Below are positions 13,143-22,920 of a stretch of 64,000 nt of DNA, one piece after another. Position 1 is the first letter of the stretch, and every line of letters starts with the position of its first letter. The stretch spans positions 1,501,122-1,565,121 of the forward strand of contig MU004233.1 in NCBI GenBank assembly GCA_010405405.1, written 5' to 3'. The stretch is from Microthyrium microscopicum (lineage: Eukaryota). A model generated the notes under the pieces. It was not told the DNA's origin and ran no database searches. It saw nothing but the letters and a program-made list of their open reading frames with translations. The translations under genes and the position numbers were made by a program.

Positions 13143-14170
13143 TCATTGCATTTGTATCAACCCAATCACAATATTTGCTGTAATAGAAGCTACCGACACG
13201 AAGATCCCTAACGCATCTTTCCAGCCGAACTTGCGTTTGACTTCAGCAATTTTTTCATCAGTAGAATTCTTTATTTTTTTGCCCAATTTCTCACGACGAC
13301 GAACCTTGGTTTGCTTCTCCTTCGCCTTCTGTTGCTTCTCCTCCCACAACAACTTTTCTGTATCCCAGTCCTCTGTTTGTTGCGCTCTATATATCCGTTC
13401 CTGTACCTCCATTTGCTCATCGTGTATTCTTTGAACTTCGGCGTCCAACTCAGGTGTAATGAGTCTGCCGGCCGTCGTTTCATCCAGTCTCAGGCCTTGC
13501 TCGTGAATGTCTCGTTGAATTCTCAGCACTATTTGCTCTTTGTGGTAGAGCTCATATATAATGCCCTGAGCTGTACTGGGCTCTTCTCCATTGAATTCTG
13601 CAATAGAGGCACCCATTTCTTCCATTTCGCTCCAGTATTTGTCTCTCATTTCTTGAAATCTGTTACGAGCCTCTCCGTAATCCTTTTCTCTTACCCGGTC
13701 CCACATTGTAGTGACCAATACTATATTGCCAAACGCTTCCTCACCACACAACTTCTTGAACATCTCAAAGTATCTCCGCGAATGGCCCTTCCATCTCACC
13801 TCGACGATTGGAGTAAGGAATATGATCCCTTTCAAAGGTACGCCAGAGGCGTATTGCCAGCTCAAGTATGTAGCGATCTCGTTGAGTATCTCGTCATCTT
13901 CGCGGTGGGAATCGTCAAAGCCCGGTGTGTCTACGATGGCTATCGAAGTCTCGTCATTGAGCTCAGCCAAGACCATCTCGCATTTTGATGTGCCTATTGT
14001 CCAGGTTAAATACTTCGTATTGAAGAACTTTACATCTCACACTCACAGCTATCGACTCCGCTAGATTCTTTCACTTCCCCAGATTCGATAAGCTTATTGA
14101 TGAAGTAGCTCTTGCCGGAACCTGTCTCCCCCATCACAAGAATGACACCTTCGACATTCCTGACGGACAT
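13143..14170 (-). CDS. TRAFAC-class P-loop GTPase (AIG1/septin/50S-binding-GTPase-like) with coiled coil and C-terminal hydrophobic tail
   Basis: Exon 1 14170-14047 encodes MSVRNVEGVILVMGETGSGKSYFIN (G1). Intron 14046-13994. G2 SCT, G3 DTPGFDD, G4-like TTMWD, then a coiled coil and the tail ALGIFVSVASITANIVIGLI. Confidence 0.9.
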
Positions 14171-14313
14171 TGTATGCTAAGGAGATGTGGAACTGATTCG
14201 TCGCAAATTATCTCGGTAATCTCTATGCAGTATTTGGGATGATAAGCTTTGTGGGCTTCACTTACCTGACGCTCTTAGATTATGGTGTGATGATCAAGGA
14301 CGCCTCGTTCTCG

Positions 14314-14328
14314 GTTCATCAGGCTGAG
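14314..14328 (-). promoter_or_regulatory. Shared cis-element CTCAGCCTGATGAAC (copy 2, GTPase/Hsp70 divergent promoter)
   Basis: Plus strand GTTCATCAGGCTGAG is the exact reverse complement of 12666-12680. Confidence 0.6.
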
Positions 14329-14702
14329 AAATACGCTCTTGTGATTGGCCGAGCTGAGCCCCTATCAACAGATTGCTGCATAATCACAATGCACTGCTCC
14401 GCTTCCAGCCCGAAATCTTGACCAGTCAGTTGTGACATGTTGACAGGAGCCGACCTGAGCTGAACGGTGGAGCAAATGCTTACTCGCTGTTCTCTCACTT
14501 TGCTGATGAATCCCTCGCTCCATTCACAGGCTCCTAGCTAGACTGCGACCTCTTCAGCCACGATGGCGGAAATGTTTGAATAGTGGTAGCTGGATATATC
14601 TGCTTTGATGGGTCACATCGTTATATTCATTAGTCCGCTGCTCCAGGCTAAAGACACCTGTTGGAGCACTTTCCAAATCACTTCGCTTCTCCCACTTACA
14701 GC

Positions 14703-14717
14703 ATCAGCCTGATCAAC
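14703..14717 (+). promoter_or_regulatory. Shared cis-element ATCAGCCTGATCAAC (copy 3, ~100 bp upstream of the Hsp70 ATG)
   Basis: 13/15 match to copies 1 and 2. Confidence 0.55.
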
Positions 14718-14814
14718 CCTTTTCTACCATATCCATACTAAATTTCTGTTCAATACTCCAGGCTTGATACGAACTCTCACTGGAAGCATTGAATCGTTTC
14801 AATCCTACACGATC

Positions 14815-17437
14815 ATGGAAGAAAATGATTTCACAAGGCAATATATGGGTCGGCCTGTCTTGCCCGGGCGTCCATATTCTCCAGCCTACTCAGACAGACA
14901 TGCGCCTTTGTCTCCGAGATCATCGACTGCCTCGCCTAGATCAAGAATGTCCATGTCGACAATTTCATCCTCCAACAGCAACGACGCCTGCTGGTTTATT
15001 GGTATAGATTTTGGCACCACGTACGTTTCTCCGTTCCTGTCAGCTGCTGCGAGAGATAGTTAGCATATTCTCAAGCAGATCAATACCTATCAACTGCTCC
15101 CTAGCTCTACAAGATTCTCGTCCCCTCCGATTACTACAAGAATTGCATACTCTATAGAGAACGCATCATCAGTTTCTCGACTTTATGAGAGGTTCTTATC
15201 ACACTGTATGGCTCCCATGGCATTCCATGGCGCCCCCAGCATGTCTTGTAATGGTTTGATATGCGCTTTCTCTTGCACCAGAAGCGAGAAATCGTATCCA
15301 ATTTGGTCAGATTTCTATCACAACCTCCATATTCTCAAAACAAGTTGCTATTCCTTTGTATTGTTGAATGTGGTTCAAGCAACGTGTTAATGACCAATCA
15401 TATACTGAATCTTCCCCCAGATACTCTGGTGTAGCTTGGGCCTGGTCCGGTGACCCAGACAACATCCGTCTCGTCCAAAACTGGCCTACCAACGTTCCTC
15501 GAGCTCGTGATAACGCCAAAGCTCCTACCAAGATCGTCTACTTTGGCAACGAGCCCGGCGCTTGGGGCTATGAAGTTACTGATGGTGACTCTGCCGACAG
15601 TGTGGAGTGGTTCAAGCTGCTATTGCTAAAGGATGAAGACATCCCCAGCGACTACAAAGCCTCACCCTATCTAGCGCGTGCGCGACGGAAGCTTGATCGC
15701 CTACGTAAGACGCCAGAGCAAGTGATTGCAGACTACTTGAAGAAACTGTGGGGGCATACTATCAGCACGCTAAAGAGGGAGAGGGGGTCGGCCGCCGTGG
15801 ATGGGCTGCCATTCAGGGTTGTGATCACGGTGCCGGCAATTTGGCAGCCTTATGCCAACGAGAAGATGAAAAAGGCGGCGAAGGATGCTGGGATACTGGA
15901 CCGTCGTGCTTGTGGACCCACGACGTTGGAGCTTGTTCCCGAGCCGGAAGCTGCGGCGCTTTCGACGTTGTCGGAGTATCGCCAAATATTCGCGGTATGT
16001 GCCTAATGTTCAGTATGCAGATAACACCGATACTCATTAGAATGTAGCTAAACGATGTGTTCATTGTATGTGACTGCGGAGGCGGAACTGTGGTGAGTAC
16101 CGCGCAGCTCGAGTAAATGGGTAGTCTTGCAAGACTAATTCATTCTTTTAGGACATTATTACCTATAAAATCACTTCTCTGAACCCGCTCAAATTTGAGG
16201 AGTGCGTAAAAGGAAAAGGTAAAATTCTTGGCTGGAGACGACTACACTGCAGGTGCTGACCTGTACCTCTAGGCAAACTTTGTGGAGCAATATTCGTAGA
16301 TGAGGCCTTTGAGCGTCTAATAAGAACACGACTTGGAACCAAATGGGACAAGATAAGCGCCAGCGGGAAGCAAAGAATGATGGAACAGGACTGGGAAAAT
16401 GGGATAAAGCGACTTTTCAGTAGTTTGCCATCCTCAAAGACAACTTATACCGTTGAGCTACCCCCAGAGGCGTTAAGTGGCGGGCTGTTCGGCAAGAACC
16501 TCAACAATAAGAAGGTCAAAAACCAGCCAATCTCCAATGGGCGGCTACAGCTGGACAGAGGATTCATCAAAAATCTCTTCTTGCAGTCGTCCATCAATCA
16601 CATCAGCAGTCTTGTTGCAGAGCAGATCCGAATGGTTCAAGAAAAATTGGGGACAAAACCAAAGGCGAGTACCTTGAACACTACAACTTTGAAGCCATAA
16701 TTAATGTGTAATAGGGGCTCATTCTTGTTGGCGGCTACGGAGCATGCAACTACGTGTACGAAATACTCAAAGCCGAGAATGAGCACAAAGGCATCCAAGT
16801 TCTGCAGCCTAGCAACCAAGGACCTTGGGCCGCAATCTGTAGAGGGGCCGCAATCCGAGCTCGAGAAAACGGCATTGGCATTGGGACGCCTCAAAGTATG
16901 ATCACCTCCCGGATTGCTAGATATCATTATGGCACAGCCGCGAACCACATCTTCGACGAGCGAAAACACAACATTCGAGATAGATACCACTGCGAAGTTG
17001 AGAACAAATGGAAAGCTCGTGACCAAATGCACTGGTATCTAAAAATGGCAAGCAGCGATCTTCCTTGAAAAATACTTCAATGGTTGCTAATACTTGTCTA
17101 GAACTCTAACATCCAAACTCAACAGCCCGTTAAAGTCCAATACTACCGCCACATGCTCCATCCCGAGCCGACGATCGCGATGGACATTTATCAATGCGAA
17201 TTGGAACCAGCCCCAAGCAGCAAGGTTGACAGTGTTAGAAAGCTATGTTCCATTACATGCAATCTCAGTATAGACTTCAATTCTTTACAGAAGTATCAGA
17301 GTCCGGATGGGCATATGTACTACGTCCTCCAGTTTGAAGTAGAGATGATCTGTCGGGGTGGAAACTCTGTCGAATTCTCCATTTTGGTCAACAATGTCCG
17401 ACAAGGAAGGCAGAATGTCCAAGTTGACTTTATGTAA
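14815..17437 (+). CDS. Atypical Hsp70 (HSPA12-like actin-fold ATPase), multi-exon
   Basis: IGIDFGT|TYSG spans the 400-nt intron 15021-15420. Also VEWFKLLL, VITVPAIW, EPEAAAL, CDCGGGTV|DI, LCGAIFVD, ILVGGYG, WAAICRGA, SRIAR.HYG. No canonical DnaK substrate-binding domain or EEVD. Confidence 0.9.
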
Positions 17438-17451
17438 TGTCAATAGTAAGA

Positions 17452-19116
17452 TCAAGCTATAATTTCATGCTTTTCCTCTCCGTTCCTCCATGCCTCCAAT
17501 CCCTTTGCTGCATCTTCCGGGCTGGTCTTATACTTGAGCAGATAACCTTGAATCTCTGCCGGAGTGAGCTTCCAAGAGGACACCACAGCCCCAAAACGCT
17601 CGGCCATGATTTGGAGTTCTTCTTCAGACTTTCCGTGATCGAACCGCCCCAGTCCGCTTCCGATCGCATCACGTCCTACGACAGGACCCTTCGATCGATC
17701 AGAGCCACCTAATAGGCTATCATCAACTGAGTGGCCCTTGATCCCACTCTTTTTGACTAGGATATCTGCTTCAACTGTTGAATAAATGGCTAAGAACAGT
17801 CCCTGGGCGACATCTTTATCTGCATGAGTAAAGCGAACTTTGAGATCCACCCTTCCCGGGCGTAATAAAGCTGTATCCAGCTTTTCGATATGATTTGTTG
17901 TCATGATGAGAATTTGACCTTCACTTGATGCGACGCCATCAATGATGTTCAAGAGGCCGCTGAGACTGATACCCTTGGTAGCGCTTGCCTTGTCTCGGTC
18001 TTCGACATCTTTCTCCATCAACCCGGTCTCACGCTTACCCGTCATGCCCGCCGAATCCACATCCTCGAGAAGAACAATGCATCGAGGAGGTAAATCGCGA
18101 AAGAGCGATGCAAGGCCATCCTCCGTCATATTCGAATTCAGACTGGTGACGTATATCCTGAGGTGCAGTACGCCAGCTAGAGCCACGCAAAGGGAAGTTT
18201 TGCCAGTGCCAGGAGGTCCGCAGAAGAGATAGCCCCTTCGATAAGGGATGCCGCGGTTGGAGTACCATCTTCTAGTCGATGGATGGAGATATTCTTCCAT
18301 ATCATGTAAAACCATATTCTTCTGGTCTTCGTCTAGCACCACTGTTGAAAGAGGACGTCGAGGTCTGGATGCGCATTTTTCCCATTCAACACTATCGGAA
18401 GCACCAGGATGAGGTCTGTGGCTCCGATAGATGGCCGTCCTGTTGCCCTCTCGCTCCAAATAGGTGATTTGAGCCTCTTGGACGAGCTTCTTTATGATCC
18501 GCGGCTTTGTGCCAAAGCATGAAAGCAGGATCTTTTCTCGGCGTTGCTCACCAGGGAGACGATTCTCCTCGCATCGTGTGAAGGCGATCCAGTAGCCTCG
18601 GTAGCGGAAATGTTTTGTTCCAGCGGCGGGTGTATAGCGAATCGCCTTCATCCTGTCCCAGTTTCGATATGTTTTTGAAAGACCATTGAAAGTGGACTCC
18701 TCTGAATCGTCTAGCTCTTTATCAAAGTCAAAGTCTGACCTAGCTTGGTGGTAAACAAGACTGCTATTGGTTTTCGTACCAATTACAAATTGCGCAGCTT
18801 CTGTGGATAAGGCTTGCTTTGAAATCCAGTACATGAGGTAGTTGTAGACTTCATCGGTAGAACGAATTTCAGCAGTACATGTTACACATGACTTGAGGAG
18901 TTGAAATGGGCCGTCTATGCCAAAGGTCACCCCGTAGGCCAAGATAATGACAGCGAAGATTCCAAAATATGGTAAAGTGCTGGCGTTGAGGTATTCTGAA
19001 GACAAAGATGTGAATAAAGATAGCCCAGGTATGAGATTTGTAAGAATCGACATCAGCGCTGCCGAATTTGCTGCGTTAGGCGCACCAAATCCATTGTGAG
19101 ATGTTGTATTATGCAT
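17452..19116 (-). CDS. BCS1-like AAA+ ATPase
   Basis: N-terminal TM and BCS1_N-like region. RPRRPLSTVVLD, WYSNRGIPYRRGYLFCGPPGTGKTS (Walker A), IVLLEDVD (Walker B), SLSGLLNIIDG, MTTNH, LDTALLRPGRVD, TPAEIQGYLL. Confidence 0.92.
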   Translation of the reverse strand: MHNTTSHNGFGAPNAANSAALMSILTNLIPGLSLFTSLSSEYLNASTLPYFGIFAVIILAYGVTFGIDGPFQLLKSCVTCTAEIRSTDEVYNYLMYWISKQALSTEAAQFVIGTKTNSSLVYHQARSDFDFDKELDDSEESTFNGLSKTYRNWDRMKAIRYTPAAGTKHFRYRGYWIAFTRCEENRLPGEQRREKILLSCFGTKPRIIKKLVQEAQITYLEREGNRTAIYRSHRPHPGASDSVEWEKCASRPRRPLSTVVLDEDQKNMVLHDMEEYLHPSTRRWYSNRGIPYRRGYLFCGPPGTGKTSLCVALAGVLHLRIYVTSLNSNMTEDGLASLFRDLPPRCIVLLEDVDSAGMTGKRETGLMEKDVEDRDKASATKGISLSGLLNIIDGVASSEGQILIMTTNHIEKLDTALLRPGRVDLKVRFTHADKDVAQGLFLAIYSTVEADILVKKSGIKGHSVDDSLLGGSDRSKGPVVGRDAIGSGLGRFDHGKSEEELQIMAERFGAVVSSWKLTPAEIQGYLLKYKTSPEDAAKGLEAWRNGEEKHEIIA

Positions 19117-20096
19117 TGCTTTCTACTCTGGAAAAGCCACTGAGATAGTAGCTAAGAGCATGTCAAGTTTGGTTTGCGAATTGCCCTGCTTGATCAACAT
19201 TCAACCTTTATAATGAGAAGTACGATGGGAAGGATTCCGGAAGGATTTCAGCCCTATTCTACAAGCATCAGTGTTACCCCCACGGTAGTTTTATTTTAGA
19301 ACCAGGTATATGGTTGGAAAAGATGTTGATTCGTTCACCATGTTGTTGAAAGAATAGAGTATAGAATGGCAATAGCTCAATTTCCTTGCAGCCCATATCA
19401 ACTCTAAAGTAGCGACGTCAGTAGGATGTGAATTTGTTTCGGGAACCATGCAACTGAGCACATTCGCACCCAATCTCACCCAATCATACCCAATCGTACA
19501 AAAGCTCGGCAGTATATGGGAAGAGCATACTATGTACGCAGGAATAGGAAGCGTTTAGGCATGTAACAGCTTCAAAATCCTTAGAGCGAGTGATGATCAT
19601 TCTGTTAGGTTTTCAGAGACTATACTGAATCATCTGTACATGCGCACTGGTACAAGGTCGTTAGCAGTCATCCTCTGTTTCAGCATAGGTCAATCCTTGA
19701 AATCCTCGCATAAACCTAAAAAGAATCCCTCTCAGCCTCATGGCTTAGCCTCATACCGTAGAACTGAGGATTGTATCCTAAGGATCTAGAGAAAGAACAA
19801 CAGGATCACATATGATCTAACGAAAAATATAAAAATCCTACTAGACTAAAGAGCTGAGAATAGTTCTCATCCTAGGTTGCAAATTGAAACAACTCTGGAT
19901 TCTTCATTATGGAGAATTGATCCTGCCATCAAGCCCACATAATGATATTCATGAGATCTCGGTATATAAAGCAGTGATGTTCTCTCAAGTTTTCAATCTC
20001 ATCAACAAACCAGAACACTATTTCAATCTTACATTCCTATTCAACAACCAGCAACAACCCACCTATCCCAAACAATCCCCCAAACAATCAACAATC

Positions 20097-20524
20097 ATGA
20101 AGCACTTCAATGTTCTTTTCCTTGCTGCACTTAGCTTGCTCAGCGGTGTCAACGGACGTCTTCAAACCGCTCAAGGCAATGCTTTAGTTGAGCGCTCAGC
20201 TGAGGTGTTGGCCTCATCAGACGTGTTGGCAGCAAAACCGCCTCCAAAAGTCAAGTGCAACCGTCGCAGAGACGTTAATGGCCTGATGAAGAGGAACGAC
20301 CGTACGCCATCACTAAGAACGAAATGTCCTAAAACTGACCTTTTACTAACTTCTTGGCAGGAGGTGGGTGGAACCCAAACAACATCGAATATCACCCGGG
20401 CGACATTGTCACTGGCCATGATGGAGTCAGATACTCCTGCAGAGTGCAACACCACTCCACGGAGCTCACCAAGCCCGACAATCACACGGACTACTCCTTT
20501 GGTTTTTGGGCAGTTTGCGCATAA
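20097..20524 (+). CDS. Small secreted protein with a single CBM5/12 (ChtBD3-type) chitin-binding module
   Basis: Exon 1 20097-20301 encodes MKHFNVLFLAALSLLSGVNG (signal) plus a propeptide with RRR/KR. Intron 20302-20360 is GTACGC..TACTAAC..CAG. Exon 2 encodes RGGWNPNNIEYHPGDIVTGHDGVRYSCRVQHHSTELTKPDNHTDYSFGFWAVCA*, matching the W..n..Y..GD.V...G..Y.C...H.S....P.....W pattern. TATATAAA at ~19963. Confidence 0.8.
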
Positions 20525-21176
20525 GATGCAAGCCCACAACCATTTCACAGGGTAGATTCTTCGAGGATCCCTAGTGGCCAGTCCTTACCTTCTCCTAACT
20601 TTGCATCATTCGATAGAAAAAAAACAGAGGAAAAAGTTCGAAATATAGAAGGCTGGGAGTTGTGATATTTGGAATTAGATTGTAGGTTTTAGATAGAAAA
20701 TTTCAGTTCAGCCTTTCGGCTAGATTTTTATGATTTTATTACTTATCTCAATTAACCGGATGAATTGTCTAAGTCTTGGTGGAAAGTTCAAGAGACTGAT
20801 GAGACTCTGTTCCTGAGTACCCTGACGCCAAACATGAATTGACATACACAAGAGTTGAGGAAGGAAAACAAACACAAATAACTGACACAAGAGGGAAAGT
20901 ATTATCTTAAAGCGTGTCTCTCTCTTGAATCAAGCAAAGATATATGCTATGGGAAGCATGGCTTGTTTCCCACCACGGTGACAATGAAACTCAATGGAAT
21001 ACACCAGCCAATATCCAGCAAAACACTCTCAACCAAGACCATGAAACTCTTCCAAAAAAAAATCAAAACGCCATCAAACAACCGAAGATAAACTCTTTCA
21101 ATTCCAAAAACCACAAAAAACTCAGATATCATCCAGTGACACCAACCAGAATCGAACCGCGCTCCTTCACGATGGC

Positions 21177-21414
21177 AAAAACTTGAGCTCCCAATCGCCC
21201 ACCCAACGGAGTAGACAATTGACAGCTCAAGCCAAACCAGACTAACTGAGTTTTGATTTCTTGACACAATTCATTTTAACGTTCCATGTATGGGTTTAAG
21301 TGACCACCCTAGGAACAACCAATACGATGGTGGTATTGGCCCAATGCGGATAAGCTTGTAAGGTATTGAGAAGCCAAACTTATTCCCCACTGGGCCATCT
21401 GCTTGATTAGTATT
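21177..21414 (-). ncRNA. Putative Pol III-transcribed structured ncRNA (pri-milRNA-like)
   Basis: On the minus strand: TATATATT 21445-21438, A box TGGCCCAGTGG 21397-21387, four hairpins (the two long ones need G-U pairs, which fixes the strand), T5 at 21181-21177, B box GGTTCGATTC 21158-21149 and T6 at 21120-21115. Confidence 0.6.
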
Positions 21415-21925
21415 GGGAGATTATTTCGGGGATTTTGAATATATAGAGCATTGCTCGCTTTTCACTTCGGTTCCGTTTGTACTCTGGTTTTACCAGAACA
21501 GAACGAGAGTTCATATAATCAGGAGAAATAAAAAGATTTATTAATATTATGTGTGTGAGAGAATTGTATTTTATTTTGGTTTTGTAACAGAACTTTAGAT
21601 GTTTGGATTTCCTACACTGTCAAAGGCCGACCAAAATGTATCATTCCCTCTGACTTGGCATGCGGGCGACATTGCCATTACATACCTAGGTAATTATTAC
21701 AATATTCTCCCGTCTTATGATATCAGTGAAGCTGAAGTCGCTGACACAATGTAGGATCAGATTATGTTTGTGATACTTGTTCAATTGTCTACAATGACAT
21801 GAAGCAGCCACTGAAAGTCTATAAAGTTCTGGTAGAGGACATCCCTCATACCTTTTATGAAGCACACACGACCCATCAATTAATGGTGCCAGCACGATTC
21901 AACATGCCACCGGGCCGCTACTTAT

Positions 21926-22920
21926 CTAATAAGTCGAGGTCATGACAGACAATCTACCTCCATCAACGACCTGCACCGATCCATTCAAATACCCACCACT
22001 CTGTCCAACCATATACAACAACGTCGCCGCAAACTCCTCCAGCCCACCCGGCCGATGCGCGGGAATCATATTCACCGGATGTTCCATCTTCAACCCCTCC
22101 GTCATCTCACTAGGAAACACTAACAAACACCATCAGCATATTCACAACTCTCTTCGGGTTTCTGGGGTCAGTGAGTATACTTACAGCCCGGACAAATAAC
22201 ATTCGACCGAATCCCATATGGCGCCAACATAGTCGCCAAACACTTGCCCAAATGTATCGCCCCCGCCTTACTACTCGCATAAGCCAAGCCCGCCGTCACA
22301 TATCTGTTGAAGCCCGCAATGGAGGCCACGCTAATAATCTGGCTAGTCCGTCGATCGCCTTTGGAGACACCGTCTTTTGGCTCATTGCGTGCGCGCACGG
22401 CGCCATTGGGCTCGGTTTTGCCAGAGACCCATCCACGACGGGAATTACCTGCGTCTAAAAGCGGTAAAAAGACGGCACTGACATTGGCGAGCGCAGTCAC
22501 GTTGATGGCCATACAACTCTCCCATTTCTCCGTCTGGCTTAGTAGGACATCTTGTAGTTCTTTGATGTTGGTGGCGTCGTGGGAGGCTTTGTGGTCGGGG
22601 CCGGTGATGCCGGCGTTGTTGATGAGGATGTCGATGAATCCTACGTCTTTCTCGATTTGGGCTGCTACTTTCTTGATGCTGTCCAAATCGCTCACGTCCG
22701 CAGCTAAACCGACGACGACATCTGGTGAGTTGGCGTTGATGTTGGCGGCAGCGTTTTCAATGACATTGGCGCGACGGCCGAGGATGTAGACTTTTTGGGC
22801 GCCGGATTGGGCGAGGGCGGTGGCCATTGTTAGACCGAGACCTGTGCCGCCGCCTGTGATGACGGCGACGAGACCTTTGGCGGAGAAAAGGGTGGCCGGG
22901 TTTATAGTGGGAGTTGCCAT
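21926..22920 (-). CDS. Short-chain dehydrogenase/reductase (classical SDR)
   Basis: AVITGGGTGLG, ILINNAG, catalytic YASSK, IRSNVICPG|LFPSEMT across intron 22184-22120, VDGG. Confidence 0.93.

Noticed and set aside
19884..20555. 223-aa ORF as listed in the track
   Set aside because: It starts at TTG and reads through an intron. The spliced 20097-20524 model gives a coherent signal peptide plus CBM.
21140..21250. tRNA gene suggested by GGTTCGATTC on the minus strand
   Set aside because: No T-stem or acceptor-stem pairing and no cloverleaf. It fits better as the B box of the larger structured RNA.
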